This document shows positions 47,863 to 57,603 of a stretch of DNA of 64,000 nt, one piece after another. Position 1 is the stretch's first letter; every line of letters starts with the position of its first letter. The notes beneath the pieces are model-generated. The model was given only the letters and a program-made list of their open reading frames with translations. It did no database searches and was not told where the DNA came from. The DNA lies in the NCBI GenBank assembly GCA_001784435.1, contig MFQZ01000010.1, forward strand, positions 105,960 through 169,959, in the 5' to 3' direction. Source of the stretch: Candidatus Magasanikbacteria bacterium RIFOXYC2_FULL_42_28 (lineage in GTDB: Bacteria; Patescibacteriota; Patescibacteriia; Magasanikbacterales; GWA2-37-8). A program made the position numbers and the translations under genes.

Positions 47863-48396
47863 ATGGCTGAGTTTAAACGTTTTACTCCAGAGGAAATGAA
47901 GATAGCGAACTCGCGTGCGGAATCAGTTGATCATTTAATAAATGGGAAAGAAGTTAGGCGCGGTGGGCATGGTGGTTCCTGGCCAGGCGAAAAAGTTGGG
48001 GGTGGGGCAGAATACGTCCGGGATGATGGTGTTGAAAAACCTCGTCTGCATGTTACCGAAGACCAATTAGAGTCCGCGCGCTTTAATATGGCTGTTGCTA
48101 AGGTAGAAAAAGATTATGTGTTTCCCGATGATAATGCCAGGGCGATGTTTATGAAAGAAAGTGGCGGCGAGAAATTAAACCAAAGAGAAATAGATTATTT
48201 AGTCAAACTTAAAGAATTAGGTGACGAGTATAACAGACTAAAAGTTTTGCGTAAAAATAAGGAGATGAGTACCCCAGCATATTCTGACAAAACATTTGAA
48301 TTAAATAAACAGTGGATGGCGCTTCGTGATAATTTTGATGAGGATGAACATCCTACTCCTGACAAAGGGCGCGATCATGGCGCCCAAGCTCGGTAA
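47863..48396 (+). CDS. hypothetical protein (cargo gene behind module 4)
   Basis: ATG 47863 (MAEFKRFTPEEMK); the TTG at 47800 lies inside the promoter and is rejected. Confidence 0.45.
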   Translation: MAEFKRFTPEEMKIANSRAESVDHLINGKEVRRGGHGGSWPGEKVGGGAEYVRDDGVEKPRLHVTEDQLESARFNMAVAKVEKDYVFPDDNARAMFMKESGGEKLNQREIDYLVKLKELGDEYNRLKVLRKNKEMSTPAYSDKTFELNKQWMALRDNFDEDEHPTPDKGRDHGAQAR

Positions 48397-48451
48397 TGTT
48401 TGCCGACAAGAAGTTTAAAATAAAGTTTCAATAATTATTAAGAAGAATCCC

Positions 48452-48496
48452 GTTAACTCGGGATTCTTTGATTTTATTTCGTTTATATAGTACAAT
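48452..48496 (+). promoter_or_regulatory. class-2 module: hairpin gaatcccgttaactcgggattc + TTGATT - 17 nt - TACAAT
   Basis: Similar modules at 50138-50196 and 52058-52109 with a conserved ctttgattttatt..tatagtaYaat. Confidence 0.45.
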
Positions 48497-48585
48497 TACT
48501 TTCGCGTAAGTATTGACAAATAAATAATTTGGTGTTATAATTCTAATACAAATATGCGTAAATTTGTATTAAATTCTATACAAAT

Positions 48586-49776
48586 ATGTTAAAAAGAGTA
48601 CTTTTTTATGATATTTTAGGGCAAATTGACCATAAAAATGCTTTGGTAGTTACCGGTATGCGCCAAGTGGGCAAAACCACCCTAATGAAGCAAATTTTTG
48701 AGGAAATTGGCCAAGATAAGTCAAAATTATGGTTTGATTTTGAAAATCCGCTGGATATGAAGGTTTTTGAGGATATTGATTACAATGTCATCTATACTCG
48801 TCTGGCGCAAATGGCTGGTAATACTAAAAATCGGTTGTATATTTTTATTGATGAAATTCAGAATTTCCCGGAAATCACCAAAATCATAAAATATTTAATT
48901 GATCATTATGGCGTGAAGTTTTTAGTAACCGGATCGTCTAATTTTTATTTGAAAAATTTATTTCCAGAAAGTTTGAGTGGACGAAAATTTTTGCATGATT
49001 TGTCACCGTTAAGTTTTAAAGAATTTTTATATTTTCACGATCAAATTTCTTTGGACGATGCCAAACGAAATGATTTGGTATCAATGCTTCATTCGCACGC
49101 GCTCATAGAAATTAAAAAATTTGAACCATATTATGATAACTATTTGCGTTATGGTGGTTTTCCCGAAGTGGCGATGGAGGTGGACAATGAATTAAAAAAA
49201 GAAATTCTTAAAAATATTTTTAAGTCATTTTTTGAAAAGGATTTAAAAATTCTCTCCGACCACAAAGATATTCGCGAATTACGTGATTTGCTTTTACTTT
49301 TAGTGCCACGAGTTGGCTCGATGTTGGATATTTCCAAAGTTGCAAGTGAGTTGGGGGTAGAACGCGCAAAAATTTATAGTTATTTGGAATTTTTACAAGG
49401 CACTTTTATGATTCGTCTTTTGCCGAAATTTTCGAAAAGTATCGATCGTGCTGTTGCTGGTGGGAAAAAAGTATATTTTTCTGATAATGGATTACTGGGC
49501 GCGATCGGCTCCGTGAATGACGCGCAATTATTGGAAAACGCTGTTGTTAATCAATTGGCAAATTATGGCGATTTAAGTTTTTATAATAAACGTAACACCG
49601 CGGAGATTGATGTGATTTATAATAAAAAAATTGCTATAGAAATCAAAGCATCCGGATCAGAGTCTGATCGGCGAAAATTAACCGAATTGTCGGGTAGTTT
49701 GGGGATTAAACAGAATTATATTATTTCTAAAAATTTTGTTGAGAAAGATGGTTTTGTTTCGCCGGCGCAGTTGTAG
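48586..49776 (+). CDS. AAA+ ATPase of the COG1373 type (AAA_14 + DUF4143-like)
   Basis: P-loop [12 protein letters not shown]; Walker [10 protein letters not shown]; 3' end fused to the groEL-tail duplicate. Confidence 0.6.
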   Translation: MLKRVLFYDILGQIDHKNALVVTGMRQVGKTTLMKQIFEEIGQDKSKLWFDFENPLDMKVFEDIDYNVIYTRLAQMAGNTKNRLYIFIDEIQNFPEITKIIKYLIDHYGVKFLVTGSSNFYLKNLFPESLSGRKFLHDLSPLSFKEFLYFHDQISLDDAKRNDLVSMLHSHALIEIKKFEPYYDNYLRYGGFPEVAMEVDNELKKEILKNIFKSFFEKDLKILSDHKDIRELRDLLLLLVPRVGSMLDISKVASELGVERAKIYSYLEFLQGTFMIRLLPKFSKSIDRAVAGGKKVYFSDNGLLGAIGSVNDAQLLENAVVNQLANYGDLSFYNKRNTAEIDVIYNKKIAIEIKASGSESDRRKLTELSGSLGIKQNYIISKNFVEKDGFVSPAQL

Positions 49777-50030
49777 CCGAAGAAGTCAAACGTCGTGAAG
49801 GCAATGTCGGCTATAACGCCGCGACTGGTGAATACGAGGACTTGGTCAAAGCCGGTATTATTGACCCGACAAAAGTAACACGTACAGCCTTGCAAAATGC
49901 CGCGTCAATTGCCGGAATGTTGCTCACTACCGAAGTCGTTATCACCGATATTCCAAAAAAAGATGAACTGGCGATGCCGGGTGGTGGTATGTCGGGAGGA
50001 ATGGGTGGTATGGGTGGAATGTATTAAATG
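49777..50030 (+). pseudogene. duplicated 3' fragment of groEL (about 85% nucleotide identity to 44350-44612)
   Basis: Encodes ..[83 protein letters not shown]; differences mostly synonymous. Confidence 0.8.
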
Positions 50031-50079
50031 GTGGTATGCTTGCCCGCCTCTGGCGGGGGGGATGTATTAAAACACCATC

Positions 50080-50124
50080 TGTCATTCCGAGCGAGGCCAA
50101 AGGCCGACGAGGAATCTCTGTCTA
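50080..50124. repeat. family A repeat (tgtcattccgagcgaggccaaaggccgacgaggaatctctgtcta)
   Basis: Follows the groEL-tail duplicate, like the repeats after the real groEL. Confidence 0.7.
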
Positions 50125-50137
50125 CACACACAACCAT

Positions 50138-50196
50138 AAAAATAATCGACCGCTCTGGTTCGTTCTTTTGATTTTATTTAGATGGTATAGTATAAT
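50138..50196 (+). promoter_or_regulatory. degenerate terminator T copy + class-2 promoter (TTGATT - 17 nt - TATAAT)
   Basis: aaaaataatcgaccgctctggttcgttcttttgattttatttagatggtatagtataat. Confidence 0.45.
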
Positions 50197-50234
50197 TATA
50201 ATATTAAATATGATATAGTTATAATATAAATTTT

Positions 50235-50906
50235 ATGTCTAAATCTATTAATTTTAATACTGGAGCATTGGTTAATGCTGATTTGAATTTGGAGCAGTTT
50301 GAAGAAAGTTTGCAGCGTATTTTAATTGAATCACTCGTTAAGGTTGGCATACTTAAATTAGGAGAAGAAGACCATTATTACGATATATCGCAGATATATT
50401 TTTATAGAGAAAGCGTGGAGCTGAACAAAAGGATGAATGTAAAAGCAGAAAAAAATATTCGGGGCTCTGAAGAAAGCGACGCATATGAAACCCCAACTTC
50501 GCTTGACCCTGCAAAAATTCCAGGGTACTTCCTATACATTGAAGAGCATGGTTCGGAGGTGGTCGATCCGAATGATGAGGTTATATTGGTTGTTATTACA
50601 AAATTTAATGAAATTGTCGATCGGATTAATAAGAATATCACTGAGACGGGTAGACAAGATAGTCTTGAAATGCAAAATGATTTACAAGCTTATTACGACT
50701 TGATTGCTGGTTTAAGAAAACATGGGGAAATTAATATGTCTAAAATTAAAAGCGAAATTGATTCTGTCATTAATCTGGCGTTAGAACAGAGTCTTGAAAA
50801 TGCCAGGTCTGAAATGTCTGAAAGGAAGCATTCAAGTGAAGATGTTCGTGAGGATGAAACAAGTTGGGGGTTTGATTTACCGTCTGGAAAGAAACGTTTA
50901 AATTAA
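50235..50906 (+). CDS. hypothetical protein
   Basis: 223 aa acidic ORF downstream of a class-2 promoter. Confidence 0.4.
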   Translation: MSKSINFNTGALVNADLNLEQFEESLQRILIESLVKVGILKLGEEDHYYDISQIYFYRESVELNKRMNVKAEKNIRGSEESDAYETPTSLDPAKIPGYFLYIEEHGSEVVDPNDEVILVVITKFNEIVDRINKNITETGRQDSLEMQNDLQAYYDLIAGLRKHGEINMSKIKSEIDSVINLALEQSLENARSEMSERKHSSEDVREDETSWGFDLPSGKKRLN

Positions 50907-50976
50907 CCGCTTATCTGTTGTGTTAATTGTTACACAAGTACGAAAGAGTAATTTTTTTAATTTATAAAAAAACGGT

Positions 50977-51618
50977 ATGTATTTAAAAAAAATGTTCGGA
51001 CTCGATAGAGGAACCCAGCCACAAATCAAGATCGGAATCAATCACGAAGAGGTCGACTTGGATCAGTTGGCAAGGCTAGATAGTATTGCTAATTTTGCAT
51101 TTGACCCTTCAGAAACGGATAGTACATTGTTGGTGGAGAAGAGGGATCAAATTGCTCAATATGCCGACGACGCAAGATTATTAATAAAATTTGAATCCGG
51201 TGGTTTGGCGGTTTTAAGCGCTGGTGAAATTCGTCGTGAATTGGAAGAAGATTTTGTTTCTACTAGTCGTTTGCATGATAATTTTTTTGTGGTCGATGAT
51301 GTAAACCCAGATCAAAAAAAAGCAATCTTGGAAGAGCGGCGAAACAAGGAGCTATTGAGATATGATAATTTGCCAGAAAAATTTGCCGCCGAGCACGGGA
51401 TTGGTGTGTTGGCAAATGAAGATGTTGTAGTATATTTAGAAAATATCAAATATTTGGCTCCGCCAGTTCAAAAGACAGTTGCTCAATATCATCAGATGTT
51501 TGATTTGAAATCTCGACGAGAGCGATATGGTCAGAGCGGTGAAGATTCCTTGTTTGCGCTGTTGGAAGAATGGAACTACGCCGGTGGTATCGTTTTTATC
51601 GGTAGGTCCTCGTTGTGA
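50977..51618 (+). CDS. hypothetical protein
   Basis: 213 aa ORF. Confidence 0.4.
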   Translation: MYLKKMFGLDRGTQPQIKIGINHEEVDLDQLARLDSIANFAFDPSETDSTLLVEKRDQIAQYADDARLLIKFESGGLAVLSAGEIRRELEEDFVSTSRLHDNFFVVDDVNPDQKKAILEERRNKELLRYDNLPEKFAAEHGIGVLANEDVVVYLENIKYLAPPVQKTVAQYHQMFDLKSRRERYGQSGEDSLFALLEEWNYAGGIVFIGRSSL

Positions 51619-51901
51619 TGACCAAGATAAAGTTGCTAAAGAATTATCAGAAAAATATTACGCGGATCGAAGCAAGCGTCGTTCTTTAGCGGTTGAAAAA
51701 GCACTCGCTACTATCAATGCTTTGTCTGATTTTTGGGATCAGGTTGAAAATGGACTAGATGAAACGGTGCTAGTTGTTTTTCCTGGTGCTAAACCAGTGA
51801 ATGTCAGTAAAAATGAAATCAGGAATTTTGTTAACACACAAACAATCCGACAGTTAGGAGTGCCGACAGTTAATGGTAAGCCGATACCTGAACTGGAGTG
51901 A
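51527..51901 (+). CDS. hypothetical protein; overlaps the previous ORF by about 90 nt in another frame (possible frameshifted continuation)
   Basis: No in-frame ATG after the overlap; could be one gene interrupted by a frameshift. Confidence 0.3.
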   Translation: MVRAVKIPCLRCWKNGTTPVVSFLSVGPRCDDQDKVAKELSEKYYADRSKRRSLAVEKALATINALSDFWDQVENGLDETVLVVFPGAKPVNVSKNEIRNFVNTQTIRQLGVPTVNGKPIPELE

Positions 51902-52057
51902 TAATTTGGTCGGAGCAAATTTATAAGAAGTATATAAATAATAAATGATGGTTGGCAAGCCATAATGCTAGTGATGGTAAGAAAATAATTTTAGTTGTAC
52001 ACGTATTTAAATCATAATATAAATACGTATATAAAATATATTAGAAATTTAAAAAAG

Positions 52058-52109
52058 GAACGGGCTAAATGGTTCGTTCTTTGATTTTATTCTATTTATA
52101 TAGTATAAT
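52058..52109 (+). promoter_or_regulatory. class-2 module: hairpin gaacgggctaaatggttcgttc + TTGATT - 17 nt - TATAAT
   Basis: ATG of the downstream gene at 52119. Confidence 0.45.
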
Positions 52110-52118
52110 AAACCTATT

Positions 52119-52610
52119 ATGATCAACTACTTAGTCGGTTTATTTTCGTCTTGGCCGCCGGAATTGGCTACATTTTTTTTAGCAATGTTGCCGGTGGGGG
52201 AGTTGCGCTTGGCAATTCCAGTTGCTATTTTTGGTCTGCATTTATCAAAATGGAGCGCTTATTTTTGGTCGGTTTTGGGTAATTTGGTGCCAGCGCTATT
52301 AATTTTATATTTTGCAAAATATTTTCATAATTGGGTTGATAAAAAATCCGGTTTTTTTGGTAAGCGTTGGATAAACGCTTTGGACCGCGCTCATAAAAAA
52401 TTTGAAGGTGATTATTTAAAATACCGATTAGTCGGGTTGTTGATTTTTATTGGCGTACCTCTGCCACTTACTGGTGCTTGGACTGGATGCCTGGCTGCAT
52501 TTGTATTTGGTATTCCGTTTAAAAAAGCTTGGCCGTTTGTGGTGGGCGGAGTGTTGTTATCGGGGGTATTGACTTTGCTTTTAACAGTCGGGGCGGATAA
52601 GATATTTTAG
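52119..52610 (+). CDS. small polytopic membrane protein (putative small multidrug export family-like)
   Basis: LPVGELRLAIPVAIFGL resembles the P.GELR.AIP motif of the Sm_multidrug_ex family; 4 predicted TM helices. Confidence 0.45.
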   Translation: MINYLVGLFSSWPPELATFFLAMLPVGELRLAIPVAIFGLHLSKWSAYFWSVLGNLVPALLILYFAKYFHNWVDKKSGFFGKRWINALDRAHKKFEGDYLKYRLVGLLIFIGVPLPLTGAWTGCLAAFVFGIPFKKAWPFVVGGVLLSGVLTLLLTVGADKIF

Positions 52611-52620
52611 TATTATTATT

Positions 52621-52700
52621 TTGTCATGCCGATGAAAATCGTCATCTCTGTCCGTTGGTTATTGATTAAGATAGAGATCCCGACTTTCGTCGGGATGATA
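52621..52700. repeat. family A composite (two inverted copies: ttgtcatgccgatgaaaatcgtcatctctgtcc ... gatcccgactttcgtcgggatga)
   Basis: Upstream of prfB. Confidence 0.7.
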
Positions 52701-52710
52701 GTAAAAAAAT

Positions 52711-53784
52711 ATGATAGAACAATTAACAAATCTCCAACAAAAAATTACCGAAGCAATGGCGCTTTTGAAATTGCCGGATTTAAAAAATAAAATGGCGCAG
52801 TTAGCCGAGCAAATGAACGCGCCGAATTTTTGGTCTAACCAGAAGAACGCGACAATGGTTTCGCAAGATTATCAGGATATAAAAAACGAAGCAGAAAAAT
52901 GGGAAGATTTGTTAAAGCGGGCGAATGACCTGATGGAATTAGCCGAGTCGGGTGATGAATCGCTGGCTAATGAAATTGACGCACAAACCACCGAATTACA
53001 AAAAGAATTTGAAAAATATGAATTGTCTTTGTTGTTAAACGGTCCATATGACACGAGTAATGCTATTGTCGCGATTCATTCTGGTAGTGGTGGCACTGAA
53101 GCGCAAGATTGGGCGGAAATGTTGTTTCGGATGTATAGTCGTTTTTGTGAAAATAAAAAATGGAAAACAGAAATTTTGGATGAAGCGCGCGGAGCCGAGG
53201 CTGGTTATAAATCCATTATGTTTCGGGTATCTGGTCGGTATGCGTTTGGTAATTTAAAATCCGAACACGGCGTGCATCGTTTGGTGCGCATCTCGCCCTT
53301 TGATGCGGAAAAAATGCGTCATACCTCGTTCGCGCTTGTGGAAGTTTTACCGGAATTGCCGGATAATGTGGAAGTTGAAATTGATCCAAAAGATTTGCGT
53401 ATTGATACATTTATGAGCGGAGGCAAAGGCGGGCAGTCGGTGAATACCACTTATAGCGCGGTGCGCATTGTGCATCTGCCGACCAATATCACGGTGTCGT
53501 GCCAAAATGAACGCAGTCAACAACAAAACAAAGAAACCGCCATGAAAGTTTTGCGGTCAAAATTATATTTATTGGAAATGGAACGCTTGGCCAAAGAAAA
53601 ACAGGACTTGCGCGGGGAATATAAGAGTGCCGAATGGGGCAATCAAATTCGTTCGTATGTTTTGCATCCGTATCATATGGTAAAGGATTTGCGTAGTAAT
53701 TATGAAACTAGTGATGACGTCGGCGTGTTGGAAGGTGATTTGGATGGGTTGGTGGAGGCGTATTTGAAGTGGTTGAAGAAGTAA
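52711..53784 (+). CDS. prfB: peptide chain release factor 2 (no programmed +1 frameshift)
   Basis: SPF tripeptide (RISPFDAEK) and GGQ motif; single continuous ORF. Confidence 0.9.
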   Translation: MIEQLTNLQQKITEAMALLKLPDLKNKMAQLAEQMNAPNFWSNQKNATMVSQDYQDIKNEAEKWEDLLKRANDLMELAESGDESLANEIDAQTTELQKEFEKYELSLLLNGPYDTSNAIVAIHSGSGGTEAQDWAEMLFRMYSRFCENKKWKTEILDEARGAEAGYKSIMFRVSGRYAFGNLKSEHGVHRLVRISPFDAEKMRHTSFALVEVLPELPDNVEVEIDPKDLRIDTFMSGGKGGQSVNTTYSAVRIVHLPTNITVSCQNERSQQQNKETAMKVLRSKLYLLEMERLAKEKQDLRGEYKSAEWGNQIRSYVLHPYHMVKDLRSNYETSDDVGVLEGDLDGLVEAYLKWLKK

Positions 53785-53786
53785 TG

Positions 53787-53852
53787 CCAAAATCCAAATT
53801 TCCAATTTCCAATCAAATCCAAAATCCTAATATCAAATTTGAAATTAAAAAA
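53787..53852. repeat. family D element (left half: ccaaaatccaaatttccaatttccaatcaaatccaaaatcc)
   Basis: Shares 30+ nt with the copies at 7347 and 39326. Confidence 0.65.
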
Positions 53853-53854
53853 AT

Positions 53855-54460
53855 ATGCAAATTTTTAAATTTGAAAATTTAGAAGAAATTATTGATTTGA
53901 TAAAAGCAGGTGGTGTAGTTATCTTCCCCACCGAAACATCCTATGGTTTAGGTTGTGTTGCCACGAACCAAAAATCGGTTGATAAAATTTTTGCAATTAA
54001 AGGGCGGGTGGGTGATAAGCCGTTACTTGTAGTTGTGCCAGATGTAGCGATGGCGAAAAAATATTTGGAGTGGAATGCGACGTTAGATAATTTAGCAAAA
54101 AAATATTGGCCTGGGGCGCTAACAATAGTAGGTAAGTGTCGGAAAAAAATATTTGGAAAAAATTTAGTGAGTGGGGCGGTCGGTAAAGATAACACCGTGG
54201 CGGTTCGTGTTACGGCTCATCCCTTTTTAAAATTAATTACCGAAAAATTAGGCGTGCCACTCGTGGCGACTTCGGCGAATTTAGCCGACGCGGGGGAAAT
54301 TTACGATTCGGCCGAGGCGATTAAAATTTTTGCCAATTTAGAAAATGCGCCGGACGCGATTGTGGACGCGGGCGTGTTGCCAAAAAATTTGCCGTCGACA
54401 ATTGTGAGTGTAGTAGATGATAATATAAAAGTATTGAGACAGGGGAGCGTGCGGTTGTAA
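53855..54460 (+). CDS. tsaC: threonylcarbamoyl-AMP synthase (YrdC/Sua5 family)
   Basis: IFPTETSYGLGCVATN...KGR..KPLLVVV motif. Confidence 0.85.
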   Translation: MQIFKFENLEEIIDLIKAGGVVIFPTETSYGLGCVATNQKSVDKIFAIKGRVGDKPLLVVVPDVAMAKKYLEWNATLDNLAKKYWPGALTIVGKCRKKIFGKNLVSGAVGKDNTVAVRVTAHPFLKLITEKLGVPLVATSANLADAGEIYDSAEAIKIFANLENAPDAIVDAGVLPKNLPSTIVSVVDDNIKVLRQGSVRL

Positions 54461-54580
54461 TTTTCAATGATCAATTTTCAATCAATTATCAATGCTCAAT
54501 TTTCAATTAGTGTTTGGAAATTATGGAATTGAAAATTCACTGAAAATTGAAAATTGGTAATTGAAAATTATTAATATTGT
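54461..54580. repeat. AT-rich palindromic element (caattttcaat / attgaaaattg units)
   Basis: Multiple inverted copies of ttttcaat and attgaaaa. Confidence 0.5.
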
Positions 54581-55810
54581 GTGTTAAATCAACATAAAGC
54601 ATATTATTGGCTTATCGTTCTTACGGCCTATGCCGCCGGTGCGTTTTTGATCCTAAATGCTTGGGAAGGGGTAAATTTGAGTTGGGAGGCCTCTACGCCG
54701 AATTATCCCATTCATAATTTGCATTTATCCTACGGCAATAGTAAGCCACCGGCACGTGTTGTAAAGGGGCTGTATTTAACCGCCTATTCCGCTGGCAATC
54801 CAGCTAAAATTGACGAAATAATCAACTTGATTGATAAGACAGAATTAAACGCGGTCGTGATTGATATTAAAGATTATAGCGGTTTAATTTTTTATCCATC
54901 GCAAGTGCCGCTCGTGGTAAAAATTAACGCCTCGGAAAATCGTTTGCGTGATATTGTCGCGACTATAAAAAAATTACATGATCACAATATATATGTAATC
55001 GCTCGGCAAACGGTTTTTCAAGATCCTTTTTTGGCCGAAGCACGGCCGGAGTGGGCGATTAAATCAAAAAGTGGGGGATCCGTCTCTGCTACGGCTACGC
55101 CGGACAAGTTATGGCGCGACAACAAAGGTTTAACTTGGGTTGACCCCACCCGTAAGGAAGTTTGGAATTATAATTTGGCCATCGCGCGCGAGGCGGCAGA
55201 ATTAGGCTTTGATGAAATAAATTTTGATTACGTGCGCTTTCCGTCGGACGGGCCGATGAGTCAAGTGGTGTATAGTGATACTCGGAAATTATACGAAATA
55301 ATGGGAGAATTTTATAAATTTATCGGGGCGGGAATGAAAGGTGCACCGGTTTGGATTTCGCTTGATATGTTTGGATTTGTAATGGAAAAATCCGGTGAGG
55401 ACGATATGCGTATTGGCCAACGCGTGGTGGACGCGGTTAATTTTACTGATTATATTTCGCCGATGATGTATCCGTCGCATTATCCGTCCGGCCACTTAAA
55501 TTTAAAAAATCCGGCGGCGTTCCCTGGCGCGGTGATTGATAATGGGATGAAAATGGGTGAACATTTTTTTACAACGTCCACACGCGCGCAAGTCCGGCCA
55601 TGGCTCCAAGCCTTTAATATGGGGGCGATTTATGATGCGGAAAAAATTCGCGCGCAAATTGATATGGTGGAGAAATATCCGAACGCGGGGTGGTTGTTGT
55701 GGAATGCGTCGAATAGATATTCAGATGCGGGACTCACCGTTTGTCATCCCGATGCGCCCGAGCGAAGCGACAAGTACTCTTGGGGTGAAAATCGGGGTCT
55801 CTGTCCGTAA
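54581..55810 (+). CDS. TIM-barrel putative glycoside hydrolase-like protein (DUF4015/GHL-type), N-terminal TM
   Basis: GFDEINFDYVRFP motif typical of GHL10/DUF4015 proteins; C terminus encoded by a family A repeat. Confidence 0.45.
   Translation: MLNQHKAYYWLIVLTAYAAGAFLILNAWEGVNLSWEASTPNYPIHNLHLSYGNSKPPARVVKGLYLTAYSAGNPAKIDEIINLIDKTELNAVVIDIKDYSGLIFYPSQVPLVVKINASENRLRDIVATIKKLHDHNIYVIARQTVFQDPFLAEARPEWAIKSKSGGSVSATATPDKLWRDNKGLTWVDPTRKEVWNYNLAIAREAAELGFDEINFDYVRFPSDGPMSQVVYSDTRKLYEIMGEFYKFIGAGMKGAPVWISLDMFGFVMEKSGEDDMRIGQRVVDAVNFTDYISPMMYPSHYPSGHLNLKNPAAFPGAVIDNGMKMGEHFFTTSTRAQVRPWLQAFNMGAIYDAEKIRAQIDMVEKYPNAGWLLWNASNRYSDAGLTVCHPDAPERSDKYSWGENRGLCP
55741..55808. repeat. family A repeat forming the 3' end of the preceding CDS
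   Basis: ttgtcatcccgatgcgcccgagcgaagcgacaagtactcttggggtgaaaatcggggtctctgtccgt. Confidence 0.7.
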
Positions 55811-55825
55811 TAAAGTATTATTAAT

Positions 55826-55925
55826 GTCAAATTTCCAATTTCCCATGTCAAATCAAATCCAAAATCCAAATTACGAAATTGACATTTTGGCTTTGACATT
55901 GATTGGAAATTGGAAATTTGGATTT
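55826..55925. repeat. family D AT-rich palindromic element
   Basis: caaatttccaatttcccatgtcaaatcaaatccaaaatccaaa ... tttgacattgattggaaattggaaatttggattttg. Confidence 0.7.
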
Positions 55926-55939
55926 TGAAATTATCACCT

Positions 55940-56896
55940 ATGCACTTCTTTACCCCCAAAGCCATTCAAAACCTTTGCCAACAATATGGCCTAAAACCAT
56001 CGCGCGATTATGGTCAGAATTATTTGTTGTCGTTAGAGCCGATTGAGGCGATGCTTAAAGCGGCCGAGATTAAAAAGACCGATACCATCGTGGAAATTGG
56101 CCCTGGTTTTGGCGCGCTTACATGTGGCTTGGCTGATGAGGCCGGTAAAGTGATTGCGTTTGAAATTGAGAAAAAAATTGAAAAATATTGGCAGGAAAAA
56201 ACCAAAGAATATCCGAACGTGGAAATTGTGTGGGGGAATGTATTGAGAATGTTTTGTCATTTCGAGCGAGGCCTCAAGGCCGACGAGAAATCTCCATCCG
56301 ATGCGATTGACGATAATGGAGATCCCCCACATTCGTTCGGGATGACAGTGGGCGAGCCGTATAAAGTCGTCGCTAACATTCCTTATCAGATTACTTCCCC
56401 CTTAATTAAATTATTTTTAGAAGATATAAAAAACAAACCTGAGTTGATGGTTCTTATGGTGCAAAAAGAAGTGGCCGAGCGCATTTGCGCCAAGCCCGGT
56501 GATATGTCGGTGCTTGCGATTGCAGTACAATATTTTGCGACGCCGGAAATAATTATTCATGTCCCTCGTCATTTTTTTTATCCCATTCCGGAAGTTGATT
56601 CGGCGGTGATTAAAATTACTCTCAAAAAATTTGATAAAAATCAAGAAGAAAATACTAAACAATTTTTTAAATTAGTCAAAACCGGATTTTCCAGTCGTCG
56701 TAAAATTCTTGTCAAAAATTTATTACCACTGGTCGGGGGTGGGTCGGGGCTTAAAAAATTACAAGAAATTTGGGAGAAATTGGGTTACTCACGCACCATT
56801 CGAGCGCAGGAATTAAGCGTTACTGACTGGATAAAATTGGCGCAAGAGTTGGCGCAGAGTTATCCACATACAAAAAAAGATGAAGATGTGGTATAA
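55940..56896 (+). CDS. rsmA: 16S rRNA (adenine1518/1519-N6)-dimethyltransferase
   Basis: GQNYLL, VEIGPGFGALT and NIPYQITSP motifs; about 26 aa in-frame repeat insert; start ATG 55940. Confidence 0.9.
   Translation: MHFFTPKAIQNLCQQYGLKPSRDYGQNYLLSLEPIEAMLKAAEIKKTDTIVEIGPGFGALTCGLADEAGKVIAFEIEKKIEKYWQEKTKEYPNVEIVWGNVLRMFCHFERGLKADEKSPSDAIDDNGDPPHSFGMTVGEPYKVVANIPYQITSPLIKLFLEDIKNKPELMVLMVQKEVAERICAKPGDMSVLAIAVQYFATPEIIIHVPRHFFYPIPEVDSAVIKITLKKFDKNQEENTKQFFKLVKTGFSSRRKILVKNLLPLVGGGSGLKKLQEIWEKLGYSRTIRAQELSVTDWIKLAQELAQSYPHTKKDEDVV
56254..56330. repeat. family A repeat in frame inside rsmA
   Basis: ttgtcatttcgagcgaggcctcaaggccgacgagaaatctccatccg... encodes FCHFERGLKADEKSPSDAIDDNGDPP. Confidence 0.7.
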
Positions 56897-56920
56897 TAAA
56901 GAAGTAAATTAATCCTATCT

Positions 56921-57601
56921 ATGGCCGAAAATAACGAAGAACCGGCCGTAAAAAATAATTTGTCTAAAGAGCAAAAAATTGGTTTTATTTTAATGCTCTT
57001 TTTTGCTATTTTCGCGATTGGTTTAGGCGTCCTCCAAATTCGCAATACTTTCCACGCGCCGTTTGCGTTAAATAGTCAGATTCCGAATGCAGTTAAAGAC
57101 GAAGTTAATACCGTTGAGGCCTTGCGCTATCGCGACACTGACCGCGACGGCTTGAATGATTTTGATGAAATTTATGTTTATACCACCAGTGCGTATATTG
57201 TCGATACTGATTCTGATGGTTTGGCTGACAAAGAAGAGGTTGACGGTGGCACCAATCCGCTTTGCGCCGAAGGGGCTGATTGCGCGACGCTCGCGAGCGC
57301 TGGAGCAGAAGAGCCATTATCCGGCACCAGCACTTTTGTCGGTTTGCCCGGAGCAAATGATTTAACTGATTTTGGCCCTATCCCGGTTGACTTGGAAGTG
57401 GCCTTAAAAGATCCGGCGCAAGTCCGTGTTTTGTTGGCGCAGGCCGGGGTGCAAAAAGAATTAATAGAAAAGATTTCAGATGCTGATTTAATGAAAATGG
57501 TAGCGGAAGTTTTAGCAGCTGATTTATCTACCAACCAGGACACCGGCAGTTCTATCGATGCTTTAAATCGTTTGTTGTCTACTACTACCACTAAACAATA
57601 A
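56921..57601 (+). CDS. membrane protein with thrombospondin type-3-like Ca-binding repeats
   Basis: TM GFILMLFFAIFAIGLGVL; DTDRDGLNDFDE and DTDSDGLADKEE repeats; stop TAA sits 2 nt before the next ATG. Confidence 0.55.
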   Translation: MAENNEEPAVKNNLSKEQKIGFILMLFFAIFAIGLGVLQIRNTFHAPFALNSQIPNAVKDEVNTVEALRYRDTDRDGLNDFDEIYVYTTSAYIVDTDSDGLADKEEVDGGTNPLCAEGADCATLASAGAEEPLSGTSTFVGLPGANDLTDFGPIPVDLEVALKDPAQVRVLLAQAGVQKELIEKISDADLMKMVAEVLAADLSTNQDTGSSIDALNRLLSTTTTKQ

Positions 57602-57603
57602 TT

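Noticed and set aside
49842-50027. 61 aa [51 protein letters not shown]..
   Set aside because: It is a fragment of groEL, a duplicate of the C-terminal 90 codons, and not an independent gene.
51527-51901. Independent gene versus frameshifted continuation of 50977-51618
   Set aside because: This cannot be decided from sequence alone. It is kept as a low-confidence CDS with a note.
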